The notes under the pieces: generated by a model
Seen by the model: the letters and a program-made list of their open reading frames with translations, nothing else
Database searches by the model: none
Told to the model about the DNA's origin: nothing
Source of the DNA: Candidatus Parcubacteria bacterium
Lineage (GTDB): Bacteria > Patescibacteriota > Minisyncoccia > Phycocordibacterales > PALSA-1337
Length of the DNA stretch: 64,000 nt
Direction of reading: 5' to 3'
Assembly (NCBI GenBank): GCA_963766795.1
Contig: CAVYBN010000007.1
Span: 54,389 to 118,388, forward strand
In this document: positions 32,732 to 42,202 of the stretch, piece after piece
Numbering within the stretch: position 1 is the stretch's first letter
How the letters are laid out: every line of letters starts with the position of its first letter
Made by a program: the position numbers and the translations under genes

Positions 32732-33685
32732 ATGACCGCTGAATCCAAACAACTCGATACTCCAGTACTATTCCTCATCTTCAATAGGCCGGATGCGACA
32801 AAGCTGGTCTTCAAAAAGATACAGCAGGTCCGTCCCAAGAAGCTGTTCGTTGCAGCGGACGGCCCACGAGAAAGCGTCGAGAGCGACAAGGAAAGATGCG
32901 CGGGGGCGCGAAAGATCGTGGAACTGATCGACTGGCCGTGCGAACTTCATACGCTGTTCCAAGAAAGGAACAACGGAGCTGGGTTGGGATCGGCCAAGGC
33001 GATAGACTGGTTCTTTGGGCATGTCGAGGAAGGCATCGTGCTCGAAGACGACGATATCCCTGATCTCTCCTTTTTCCGTTTCTGTTCCGACCTGCTCGCA
33101 CGTTACAGAGACGACGACAAGGTCATGATGGTGAGCGGAGACAATTTCCTGTTCGACAGAAAAAAGATCCATGAAAGCTATTATTTTTCCATCTATCCCA
33201 TGCAATGGGGATGGGCCACATGGCGACGAGCTTGGAAAAAATATGATTACAAAATCAGCACTTTGCCTGATTTTATCGCCAAAGATACGATATCTTCAGT
33301 TCTGCAAAAACCGATCCAAAAAAAGTATTGGATGGACATCTTCCAAAAAATGTACGGCGGCACGCGAAAAGACGCTTGGGACTATCAATGGGCATACGCC
33401 ATGTGGCGCAATGGAGGATTATGCGCTGCACCGAGCAAGAATCTTGTCTCGAATATAGGATATTCAAAGGATGCTACCCATACCACGGACACGAGAAGCA
33501 GACTGGCCAATGTGCCGGCATTAGAGATGGCGTTCCCGTTGGACCATCCGACCGTGAAAGAGCCTGACAGAAAGGCAGATGATCTCTTGTTCTATACATA
33601 TTATGGCCGGAATCTGACGCTGGAGAGGAGATCCAAGGATCAGATCAGGAAGATGTTAAGGAGATATCTGAAAATCAATATATGA
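32732..33685 (+). CDS. Nucleotide-diphospho-sugar transferase (GT-A-like)
   Basis: VLFLIFNRPDATKLVFKKIQQVRPKKLFVAADGPRE resembles a widespread GT-A family N-terminus. LEDDD is an acidic motif. Confidence 0.45.
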   Translation: MTAESKQLDTPVLFLIFNRPDATKLVFKKIQQVRPKKLFVAADGPRESVESDKERCAGARKIVELIDWPCELHTLFQERNNGAGLGSAKAIDWFFGHVEEGIVLEDDDIPDLSFFRFCSDLLARYRDDDKVMMVSGDNFLFDRKKIHESYYFSIYPMQWGWATWRRAWKKYDYKISTLPDFIAKDTISSVLQKPIQKKYWMDIFQKMYGGTRKDAWDYQWAYAMWRNGGLCAAPSKNLVSNIGYSKDATHTTDTRSRLANVPALEMAFPLDHPTVKEPDRKADDLLFYTYYGRNLTLERRSKDQIRKMLRRYLKINI

Positions 33686-34644
33686 CCTGCGAAATATGCG
33701 GCGGAAATATCTTTCTTTCAATCAAAGGCCTCTTCGACGACCGCTACGGATATCCGAGGCTCTTTGACATTTACCGTTGCACTTTCTGCAAGAGCTTCCA
33801 GACCGAGCCGCGATTAAAAACGGTGGAGGTCGGACCACTGTATACTGATTATTATCCCCGTAAGAATATCGACCCCGTGGCGATTAAAGCTCGCGCTGGA
33901 GCATTCAAACTATCCGGTGCTTTTGATCGTTGGTTCTCTGGCGAACATCGAGTACATCATCTCTTGCCGGCGATATCACATTCAAACATCGATAGGTCCA
34001 AAGTCCTCGACATCGGCTGCGGCGACGGCTCTTCCCTATTGGAATTAAAATACTTGGGCTACGACGCCTATGGCATCGAGACTGATCTTAATGTGGCCAA
34101 AGTCCGCGACGCTTTGGATTTAAATATCCACATCGGTACAATCGAAGATGCGCCGTTCCCAGAGCATTCATTCGACTACATAATCGCCAATCAAGTGGTC
34201 GAGCATGTGGTAGATCTCGATAGTTTTTGCGTTTCAATTAAAAGGTTTCTGATTCCTAATGGGATCGTAATCTTATCGACGCCAAATGCCAAAAGCATTT
34301 TCCGAATGTTCTACGGCCGTCGCTGGATGCACTGGCATATTCCCTACCACCAGCAGATCTTGAGCGCCAGAGGGCTTGAAATCCTATTGAATTGCCGCGG
34401 ATTGAAAACAGCCAAAATCAAGACGCTCAGCCCTGCTTCATGGACGATGCATGAGCTCAATCGTTTACGATTCAAGGCTGAGCTCGGCAAGAAGAACCCG
34501 TTTTGGACAGACCCCAAAAGCATACGCTCGACGCTTGCTGGCAAGATCGGCCGTAAAGTGGCATTCTATGGATTGCAAACCATCGGCAAGGTTGCAGACT
34601 TATTAGGATACGGAAATTGTATGATAGTGTACGCAACATGCTAA
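33682..34644 (+). CDS. Class-I SAM-dependent methyltransferase with an N-terminal CxxC...CxxC zinc ribbon
   Basis: CEICGG...CTFCKS, then VLDIGCGDGSSLLEL (motif I) and IIANQVVEHVVD. Confidence 0.75.
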   Translation: MTCEICGGNIFLSIKGLFDDRYGYPRLFDIYRCTFCKSFQTEPRLKTVEVGPLYTDYYPRKNIDPVAIKARAGAFKLSGAFDRWFSGEHRVHHLLPAISHSNIDRSKVLDIGCGDGSSLLELKYLGYDAYGIETDLNVAKVRDALDLNIHIGTIEDAPFPEHSFDYIIANQVVEHVVDLDSFCVSIKRFLIPNGIVILSTPNAKSIFRMFYGRRWMHWHIPYHQQILSARGLEILLNCRGLKTAKIKTLSPASWTMHELNRLRFKAELGKKNPFWTDPKSIRSTLAGKIGRKVAFYGLQTIGKVADLLGYGNCMIVYATC

Positions 34645-35462
34645 CCATTTTCACCATCCCCAAGCCATTCACCGACCCTCATATCCGCGTGATCCAGCGA
34701 AACGCGATTCAGAGCTGGAAAAAGCTCCATCCGGACATAGAGATCCTTCTTCTCGGGAACGAAGCCGGCACGGCCGATGCGGCACGCGAATTCGGCGTGA
34801 GACATATTCCGGATATCGCTAAGAATGAGTACGGCACTCCGTTCGTCAATTCGGCATTCGAGACTGCGCGGAGGATCGCGAGCCACGATATCATCATGTA
34901 CGCCAACACGGACATCATCTTGCTTTCCAATCTCATCCAGACATTGCCGCGCCTTCCGGCAAAGGATTTCCTGGCCATCGGCCGCAGGATCAATCTGGAT
35001 GTCGACCGTGAACTCGATTTTGAGGATCCCGAATGGAAAACCAAGCTCAAGGACGAAGCCGCAAACAGCGGAGTGCTCCATTCCTGGGCCGGGATCGACT
35101 ATTTCATCTTCAACGGGGATCCGTTTAAGGACATGCCGGCTTTCGTCGTCGGCCGGCCAGCCTGGGACAATTGGACCGTCGGCAAATCGAGACGGACTCT
35201 CCGATACACCATAGACGCCACGGCCTGCATCACGGCCATCCACGAGAGCCACGAATACACACAGAATCTCTTAGGCCACAAGAAGCACACCAACCCGGAG
35301 GCCGTCAGCAACAAGAGATTCATCAAGGATCACGTCCACACCTTCACCATCGAAGACGCAAACTGGAGATTGACGCAGGATGGATTGAAAAGAAACTATC
35401 TTTATTGGCTACCCTTCGTTAAGCGCTATTTGAAACACTTACTTAAAAAAATTAGCCACTAG
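34617..35462 (+). CDS. Hypothetical protein, possibly a GT-A-like transferase
   Basis: A clean ORF overlapping the upstream stop. The start may be MLTIFTIP at 34638. Confidence 0.35.
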   Translation: MYDSVRNMLTIFTIPKPFTDPHIRVIQRNAIQSWKKLHPDIEILLLGNEAGTADAAREFGVRHIPDIAKNEYGTPFVNSAFETARRIASHDIIMYANTDIILLSNLIQTLPRLPAKDFLAIGRRINLDVDRELDFEDPEWKTKLKDEAANSGVLHSWAGIDYFIFNGDPFKDMPAFVVGRPAWDNWTVGKSRRTLRYTIDATACITAIHESHEYTQNLLGHKKHTNPEAVSNKRFIKDHVHTFTIEDANWRLTQDGLKRNYLYWLPFVKRYLKHLLKKISH

Positions 35463-35465
35463 TAT

Positions 35466-36365
35466 CTAGTTTCTGACCGCGCGTATGTTCTTGAAATCGT
35501 CTCCTTTGGCCGGGAAGCTTTTTACGAACTTCTCGAAATCAGACGGCGGCAGAGGCACGAGCTCCCGCTTGTCCTCGTCTATGACCGACAGTGACAAGCC
35601 TTGATCGCGGAGCTTCTCCAGAAGCTCGATAGGACTGCGAGAGAGCCCCTGTATCGCCTTCGGATTGAATTCCGAGAATAAAACTAGATTGCGGTTGGCA
35701 GCCAAGGTCTCGCGCATGCCGTCTATCGCCAAAATCTCCGCGCCTTCGATATCCATCTTGATGATATCCACCTTGGGAGAGCCCTGTCGCTTGAGAGAGC
35801 TGTCTAATGTGTCGCATGCCACTTCAGCCTCCCCGAGCTGATGGCGGTTGTTCGCGAATGAATGCAGGCCGCTGTGAGCGTCCGCCAAGAACAATGTGCG
35901 CGCGCCGGCTCTGTCCGAAAGCGCCAGCTTCACGGCAGTGGCCCAGGAGAATCCGTTCTTGGCGATGTTTTTTTCAAGGATGGCAAAATTCTTTTCTTCC
36001 GGCTCATAAGCGAACACCCGCCCGGTCGGGCCAACGCGCCCGGCCGCGATCACGGTGTAGTATCCGATATTGGCTCCCATGTCGACTACAGTCATTCCGG
36101 GCCTGACATCCTTCCTGAAGAGCTCGACCTCGAACGGGTCGTGCGCGCCAAATGCCAAGGCTCCGGAGCTGCCTACATCATACTTGTCCAGAAAGACTTC
36201 GCCTTCCTCTATCTTGACCGAGTCCGGCATCATGGCGCTGATAGCTTTATTGGCCATCCAACGCAATGGCCTCGGCTTGCAGATGGTGATGTAGAAAAAT
36301 CTGACTGCCGATGGCGACAGACAAAGGATGAGCTTTTTCAGCGAAGAGGCGAGACGACGTTTCAT
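35466..36365 (-). CDS. FkbM-family methyltransferase
   Basis: VVDMGANIGYYT ... VFAYEPEEKNF ... DIIKMDIEGAEILAIDGM (canonical Methyltransf_21). Confidence 0.8.
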   Translation of the reverse strand: MKRRLASSLKKLILCLSPSAVRFFYITICKPRPLRWMANKAISAMMPDSVKIEEGEVFLDKYDVGSSGALAFGAHDPFEVELFRKDVRPGMTVVDMGANIGYYTVIAAGRVGPTGRVFAYEPEEKNFAILEKNIAKNGFSWATAVKLALSDRAGARTLFLADAHSGLHSFANNRHQLGEAEVACDTLDSSLKRQGSPKVDIIKMDIEGAEILAIDGMRETLAANRNLVLFSEFNPKAIQGLSRSPIELLEKLRDQGLSLSVIDEDKRELVPLPPSDFEKFVKSFPAKGDDFKNIRAVRN

Positions 36366-38668
36366 TTGAATGAATAGACTTTCAAGCCGCCAGTCTCGTA
36401 GACTTCGCGGAGGATCTTATACTGATCCATCTTCCAGCTCGGATCCTTGACCGTGTCCCAAACGACATAATCCACGCGATACTTCCTGATATCCTTGGTA
36501 AAGCCGTCCGCAAATATGTTGTCAGGCGTGAATAAGATCCTCTCCTTAGGCAATAAGTAACTTCCAGCCAAGTATTCCCAAACGACGTTATCGAAGGTAT
36601 AGATCGGAACCAGCGCCGAAATATCTTCATTGGCGAACACGACGCTCTGCGGCGTTGAACTGGCGTTAAGCCATTTCATCAAAGGCATATAGCGCTGATC
36701 GAAGGCGACGCTGTCATGCCAATGGACATATGATGAATAGCTGACGAATGCATTGGCCCCGAATGAAACGAGCGTGATCGCGATGATGGCAACCATGGCT
36801 AGCATCCGGCGGTTTTTGAGGATATGTAAAAGGACATAGATGAGAACGATCGTGAATATCGGCACGTTGAAATACCAATGATAGTGGCCTTCTTGCAAGA
36901 GATGCCCGGTGATGACCTGCTGATTGATCACGACGAAAGCGGTGGCGAGAAGGCCGAGCAGGAACCAATCGGTTTGCGAGCGCCCGAATCCAGATAAGCG
37001 CTTCTTCAAGAAAAGATATCCGATGAAAATGGCGAGCGTGATGCAACCGGCGACGCTTACGAACGGAATATGGGACATGACCAGCTTCAGGCTGTCGGCA
37101 AAATCGGCATAATACGGGCTCCGGGTCACGGCGATCATGTCATATATGAAATAGGAACCTACGACAATGCCGATGAACATCGATGCCGCAAGCTTGGCGG
37201 CATCTTTACGTCGTCTAGCCAGGAAGAGCCCCGCGATGAAGACGGCGGCCAGAGCGGCGATGAAGGTCATATCAAAGATATACACATAGAAAGATGCTCC
37301 GAATACGAACCCGAGACAGATATACCATTTCCATTTATGTTCCTTGAGGGCGATGAAAAGCAGGTTGAGGTACGAGAAGAAGAAGATCGAGCTGAATTGC
37401 GGATATATGGGACGAGAATATGTTGTGAATCCCCAGAAGCTCGGGTATGCCGTGTCCAACCGCAGGAGATGCGGGATATCCGGCGCGTTCATGAAATTAT
37501 AGCCGAGCATGACAGCACACATGGCCACAATCGACCATGCGCGCTTTCCGGTCATTCTGAAGAACAGCAGATAGATGAGGAAGGCTACAATGGCCGGAAG
37601 AAGGAACTTATAGATCAGGGCCAAGACGGGCACCGAGAGATTGAAGATGATCCCAGGCACGGCCAAGATAGGATCTGCCAGACTGAAGCTTCCCGGTGGC
37701 ACGGAGTATTTATCTTCATATATGAACGGATTAAACGAAATGTCTCCTGCGTAGGCCTCGTGGATTCGCGCCAGATAATACGGTTCGGCATCGCCTTTCA
37801 TCATATACAGGCCTTGATATGACGAGCCGAGGCTTTGGATGAAGATGAACTGGGGACCGACCGTGGCAATCCCGATCAGCACGGCGAAGACGATGGCCCA
37901 GATGTGTTTTTTTATAAATGACCGGCATTTAAAAGAAGATTTATCGCCATACGCCCCGATTATAAGATTATTCTTGATCTTCATAAGCTCCCAGAAGCCG
38001 AAGATGTACGAGCCCAAGTTGACAGAATTCCCGGCCGGATTGTCCCACTTGACTTCGATCTCCTGGATGACGAGGCCTTTGGTCTGGGCGATAGCGACCA
38101 GCTCGGTATCGAAGCCGAAACGGTCGATGGTCTGCGTTTGGAAGACCGGCTCCGCTGCGGCCGCGGTGAACAATTTGAATCCGCGGATGGTGTCGTATAT
38201 GTTCGGCGTCACCAGCGACCGGATGATCACCTTGCAGACCTTGCCAAGAGCGCGCCGGTACCACTGATTATCGTCGCGTGCGTGTGAGCCCGGCAATTCT
38301 ATGGAACCGATCACAATATCCGCTCCGGCTTCGATATGCTTCTGGAACCGGTCGAAATTATCTATAGTGATGGAATTATCCGCATCCATGAAAAGACGGA
38401 GCTTGCCGCGAGCCAACAGCATCCCCTGCTTCACCACCGCTCCTTTGCCGCGATTGCGATCGTTCTCGACGACCTCAAGATGCTTGAATTTCCTGCCGAA
38501 ACCTCTCACAAAATCCGCCGTACCGTCGGAAGAACCGTCGTCGACCACGATGACTTCGGCCTTAAAAGGCTTTCCCTTCAGGTACGCGGCTATACTATCC
38601 AAGGTAGCGCCGATGCGCGCCTTCTCGTTATAGGCAGGAATGACTATGGATAGGTAGATATCAGGCAT
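36362..38668 (-). CDS. Bifunctional-looking protein. It has an N-terminal GT2 polyprenyl-phosphate glycosyltransferase (GtrB/DPM1-like) domain fused to a large polytopic membrane domain of at least 12 TM helices (GT-C/YfhO-like).
   Basis: SIVIPAYNEKARIGATLDSI ... EVIVVDDGSSDGT ... FMDADNS, then ~500 aa of hydrophobic helices. Confidence 0.75.
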   Translation of the reverse strand: MPDIYLSIVIPAYNEKARIGATLDSIAAYLKGKPFKAEVIVVDDGSSDGTADFVRGFGRKFKHLEVVENDRNRGKGAVVKQGMLLARGKLRLFMDADNSITIDNFDRFQKHIEAGADIVIGSIELPGSHARDDNQWYRRALGKVCKVIIRSLVTPNIYDTIRGFKLFTAAAAEPVFQTQTIDRFGFDTELVAIAQTKGLVIQEIEVKWDNPAGNSVNLGSYIFGFWELMKIKNNLIIGAYGDKSSFKCRSFIKKHIWAIVFAVLIGIATVGPQFIFIQSLGSSYQGLYMMKGDAEPYYLARIHEAYAGDISFNPFIYEDKYSVPPGSFSLADPILAVPGIIFNLSVPVLALIYKFLLPAIVAFLIYLLFFRMTGKRAWSIVAMCAVMLGYNFMNAPDIPHLLRLDTAYPSFWGFTTYSRPIYPQFSSIFFFSYLNLLFIALKEHKWKWYICLGFVFGASFYVYIFDMTFIAALAAVFIAGLFLARRRKDAAKLAASMFIGIVVGSYFIYDMIAVTRSPYYADFADSLKLVMSHIPFVSVAGCITLAIFIGYLFLKKRLSGFGRSQTDWFLLGLLATAFVVINQQVITGHLLQEGHYHWYFNVPIFTIVLIYVLLHILKNRRMLAMVAIIAITLVSFGANAFVSYSSYVHWHDSVAFDQRYMPLMKWLNASSTPQSVVFANEDISALVPIYTFDNVVWEYLAGSYLLPKERILFTPDNIFADGFTKDIRKYRVDYVVWDTVKDPSWKMDQYKILREVYETGGLKVYSFK

Positions 38669-38810
38669 GAAATATCCAGTATTTATATATGAAAAAGCTC
38701 TCTAGCGCAACCAAGCCGGTAGCTATGACGAAGGCTATCACAGCCGACATCAAGTACCGCAAGCCGGTGAATCTGGTCAAGATATACATCAAGGCCACGG
38801 CTATGCTCAT
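38661..38810 (-). pseudogene. GtrA-like C-terminal fragment (49 aa from the first ATG, extendable to ~72 aa with CTG/TTG starts). Its stop overlaps the start of the GT2-membrane gene in an ATGCCTGA overlap.
   Basis: Minus-strand translation gives MSIAVALMYILTRFTGLRYLMSAVIAFVIATGLVALESFFIYKYWIFHA. The last ~60 nt are ~85% identical to the 3' end of the FemAB::GtrA gene at 42205-42270 (...LVALGSFFVYKYWIFTRRAS). It is too short for the ORF track. Confidence 0.35.
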
Positions 38811-38860
38811 GCAGGAGGTGATTGCAAAAAACAGCCCTTGTGATAGAGTCCCTTTCAGAT

Positions 38861-39325
38861 ATGAATAAAAATAAAATAGCCCTCATCCAAGGCGCATTTG
38901 ACCTTCTCAATTATGGTCACGTCCGCGCGCTCGGCGCAGCCAGACACGTTGCCGCGCATGTCATAGTCGCCCTGAATGGCGACGGGCTCATCAATAACAA
39001 CGGCCGTTGGAGCTACAAGGACAGCAGGCCTGTCCTGCCATGGTGGCAAAGGAAAGCCATACTAATGTCGCTCCGATCCGTCGATCGGGTCGTTCCGGCT
39101 CACACATTCAGCCCTCTCGAGCTGTTGAAGAGATACAAGGCCGACGTATACGTCGTAGGCCTGGAATGGAAGCACACGAAGCAAGCCGAGATCGAATATA
39201 TGATGGAATCAGGAGGGAGGATCATCTGGACGCCGCGATACAAAGGCGTCATCTCGACAACCCATATAAAGCTCATGCTCCTCGAGGAGGCTCAAAGGGC
39301 GAGCGTCAAAGCCGCTTCACGATAG
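38861..39325 (+). CDS. Cytidylyltransferase-like nucleotidyltransferase (RfaE-domain-II / TagD-like)
   Basis: IALIQGAFDLLNYGHVRAL contains the (H/Y)xGH nucleotidyltransferase motif. 155 aa. The start is set at MNKNK. Confidence 0.7.
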   Translation: MNKNKIALIQGAFDLLNYGHVRALGAARHVAAHVIVALNGDGLINNNGRWSYKDSRPVLPWWQRKAILMSLRSVDRVVPAHTFSPLELLKRYKADVYVVGLEWKHTKQAEIEYMMESGGRIIWTPRYKGVISTTHIKLMLLEEAQRASVKAASR

Positions 39326-39387
39326 ACCCGCGAAATAGGCGGGATATGCACAACATTTACGGGCGTCCCTGCGGATGCCCGTCATTT

Positions 39388-40572
39388 TTATGCTGTGGCC
39401 TCCCCCGTGATGAACCGCAGGATCCTTTTTGCACGATTGTCCCATGTCAGCGGCTCGACATCGGCGCGGGCTTTTTTTGACAGAGCGGCTGCACGAGCCG
39501 GGTCTTTGAGGATGCCTATAAGCCCGCGCGCGAGGCCTTCTGCATCGTCGGGGGGCACCAGCACAGAATTGCCTTCATTCAAGATCTCGCGCAAAGACGG
39601 CAGGTCTGAAGCCACGATCGGAATCCCGCTTGCCATGTATTCGAAGAGCTTGATCGGCGACGTATATCTCACGGACTCCTCGCTCCGGGCGCTGTTCGGC
39701 AGCAAGAGAGCGTCGGCGGATCGGAGATAGCGCGGGATGATCTTGCGGTCGCGATAGCCGATGAAGTCCATGTTCATGATCTTTCGACGAGCAACGACAT
39801 GGCGATAATCCGCGACGTCTTCAGCACTGCCGCCGACGATGACGAAGCGCATGTCCTGAATAGCGCTTGGCACAGCCGGGATGCTCTTACCCATGATCTC
39901 TGCGGCATCGACGAGAGTATCGACGCCTTTCCAACCGTAGAGAAAACCAGAATATAAGGCGATCTTCTTATCAGCCGGCAATCCCAATTCCTTTCGTAAG
40001 GCTTGTCTCTCGTCAGTGAATGAGAACTCAGCCAGATCGATGCCATTCGGCAGAGGCAGGACGTCGTTGAAGCCGTTCGCTTTGAATTCATCGGCCACGC
40101 CGCGGGAGTTGGTCACGAACTTCTTGACCCGCCTCAGTGAAAAGAAGAACATCTTTTTTTTCAGAAGGATGCGATGCGCTTCATAGACTGTCTCGAAACC
40201 GAGGGCGCTCAAAAGGACCGCTGTGGCAAATTCACGGGTATACATGAGAGTCCTTTTCCTAGACATGAAGAGCACGCGTGCGAAAACCGAAAATGTGAAT
40301 GTGACAAGCTGAACCCAGTAAGCCAGCCATTCTAGGCGATCGAACATATCGATGCTAGGCACATAGGTTATCTGGAAACCCTTACGGATGCGGTAAAAGC
40401 TGTAGGCGTCTTCGGCGATCGCGTTGTGCCGCCGCGGCACGATCAATTCGATATCCGCTCCGGCAGCGGCAAAAGCTTCGCACATCTTGGCAATCTGCAA
40501 GCCGTGGGCCTTCTCCGTGGGCATCCGGACATTGCTGACGTACAAGATCTTTTTTGCCAGAGACCGGCTCAT
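39388..40572 (-). CDS. GT4-family glycosyltransferase
   Basis: The C-terminal EESVRYTSPIKLFEYMASGIPIVASDLPSLREIL matches the GT4 E..K..E.MA.G.PVV motif. Confidence 0.85.
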   Translation of the reverse strand: MSRSLAKKILYVSNVRMPTEKAHGLQIAKMCEAFAAAGADIELIVPRRHNAIAEDAYSFYRIRKGFQITYVPSIDMFDRLEWLAYWVQLVTFTFSVFARVLFMSRKRTLMYTREFATAVLLSALGFETVYEAHRILLKKKMFFFSLRRVKKFVTNSRGVADEFKANGFNDVLPLPNGIDLAEFSFTDERQALRKELGLPADKKIALYSGFLYGWKGVDTLVDAAEIMGKSIPAVPSAIQDMRFVIVGGSAEDVADYRHVVARRKIMNMDFIGYRDRKIIPRYLRSADALLLPNSARSEESVRYTSPIKLFEYMASGIPIVASDLPSLREILNEGNSVLVPPDDAEGLARGLIGILKDPARAAALSKKARADVEPLTWDNRAKRILRFITGEATA

Positions 40573-41138
40573 ATATCGCGCTCGGGCATGGCTACGCAGA
40601 TCAGGTTCGGATTCTCGATTCGGAATAAAGCCGGCAGATATTTCAAGAGCATACCGCGGCTGGATGTGAAGTGCAGATTATGGAAACGTGTGATATAGCC
40701 GACCTGACGCAAGCTGAACTCAAGACTCTCCTTATCCCAGATGAAATAATGGCGGCCATGCTCCGGCAGATATGTCTTGGCTTCGTTGTCGAAGCCGCGC
40801 CTGTTCGGGACGACGATGAGCAGCCTGCCGCCAGCGGAAAGGATTCCTTTGACTCGCAGGGCGAGACCTAGAGGGTCCTTTATGTGCTCGAAGACATGAT
40901 TGATTATGACCAGATCGAATTTGCCCTGGAGATGCAGGTCTTCAAGGTCCTCCTTTACGAAAGCGACTCTGGGGTCCAGCCGAACGGGCTTATTATAGAG
41001 ATCCACGCCCACGATCTTCTCTAGATGGGGGTATCGCGAAGCGATATCGTTGATGAGCTTGCCATCTCCGCACCCGAGCTCGGCCAAGCTTTTCTTCCCG
41101 GCTACCAGTTTGTCTATTATTTTTAGGAGTGATTCCAT
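40569..41138 (-). CDS. Class-I SAM-dependent methyltransferase
   Basis: LAELGCGDGKLINDI ... FDLVIINHVFEHIKDP. Confidence 0.8.
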   Translation of the reverse strand: MESLLKIIDKLVAGKKSLAELGCGDGKLINDIASRYPHLEKIVGVDLYNKPVRLDPRVAFVKEDLEDLHLQGKFDLVIINHVFEHIKDPLGLALRVKGILSAGGRLLIVVPNRRGFDNEAKTYLPEHGRHYFIWDKESLEFSLRQVGYITRFHNLHFTSSRGMLLKYLPALFRIENPNLICVAMPERDI

Positions 41139-42190
41139 ATGTCTCTGAAAGCTTCAGCGAGCTTCCGCGCCATTTCGCTTGTCGAAAGCCGCTCTTCCGC
41201 TGATCGCCGCGCATGGCGCGCCAGCCGCTCCGCCAGAGCCTTGTCATCCAGCATGGCCAGCTTGGCTGCTATGTCTTTTGGACTGCGGAAGTCGACCAGC
41301 AAAGCGTCCGAACCGTCCGTGACATAATCAGTGATGTACGCCTTCCTCGAAGCGATGATCGGCAGGCCGCTCGCCATGGCTTCGACCAAGACGGTCTGTC
41401 CGGAACAATCGGATCCGTCGCCGTGACCATCGTCGTGCGTAATGAGGAGAAGCGCCGCGGCTTCGGCAAATTTAGCATAGACTTGCGCTTGCGGCAAATC
41501 GAGATGCACGCGCACATTCGGCGGGATATCCTGGAGATCCGAGAGATTTCTCTGACTACAGGCAAATTCGAATCGCCTGTGCGGAAGCATCCGAGCCGCG
41601 TCCGCCACTGTGCCATAATCCCTCCCGTTGTCCCTGCCAGCCGACAAGATAGAGCTCTTCCGCCCGGAATAAACCGGCTTGTGAAAGCGGACATCCACAC
41701 CGAGAGGTACGAAGAAGATACGGCCTTGGAACGACGGCAGAGCCTCCTCAAGATGCGCCTTTTGCACACGCGAAAGGCAGACGACGCCGTCAGCCCCGCC
41801 GATCAGCCAGCGCAACAATCGCCGTTTCAGAGGCCTGTCTCGATTGGCCCCTAGCACGCGGCCGAGGCTGATATCCAAAAGCACGAACTTGGTTTTCAAC
41901 CGGAAGAGCCGCTTCAGGAACAGGCCGTACAACAACGAAGATCCGAATATCAGGTCGTATCTGTCAGACAAAGAGAAACTGGCGATCAGAAGGAGATGCT
42001 TCAAACGGAACGGCATGATCGAGTCAAGGCATCCGATAACAGGGATATCGCTGAACTCTTTAAACTCGGCTTCGATATCGGATCCCGAAAGTTGGTCGAG
42101 GCCGTAGAATTGCGTGTCAGGATAATCGACACTGATCTCGCCTTTGAACTTATCCTTGCGCGAACCTGAATAAAGATAGAGGACTTTCAT
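41123..42190 (-). CDS. GT4-family glycosyltransferase
   Basis: GQTVLVEAMASGLPIIASRKAYITDYV in the GT4 C-terminal domain. Confidence 0.8.
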   Translation of the reverse strand: MKVLYLYSGSRKDKFKGEISVDYPDTQFYGLDQLSGSDIEAEFKEFSDIPVIGCLDSIMPFRLKHLLLIASFSLSDRYDLIFGSSLLYGLFLKRLFRLKTKFVLLDISLGRVLGANRDRPLKRRLLRWLIGGADGVVCLSRVQKAHLEEALPSFQGRIFFVPLGVDVRFHKPVYSGRKSSILSAGRDNGRDYGTVADAARMLPHRRFEFACSQRNLSDLQDIPPNVRVHLDLPQAQVYAKFAEAAALLLITHDDGHGDGSDCSGQTVLVEAMASGLPIIASRKAYITDYVTDGSDALLVDFRSPKDIAAKLAMLDDKALAERLARHARRSAEERLSTSEMARKLAEAFRDIWNHS

Positions 42191-42202
42191 GTATATATCG
42201 GC

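Noticed and set aside
37070-37822. Plus-strand 250-aa ORF inside the GT2-membrane gene
   Set aside because: It is antisense to a strongly supported CDS. It is His/Arg/Asp/Glu-rich with no hydrophobic core.
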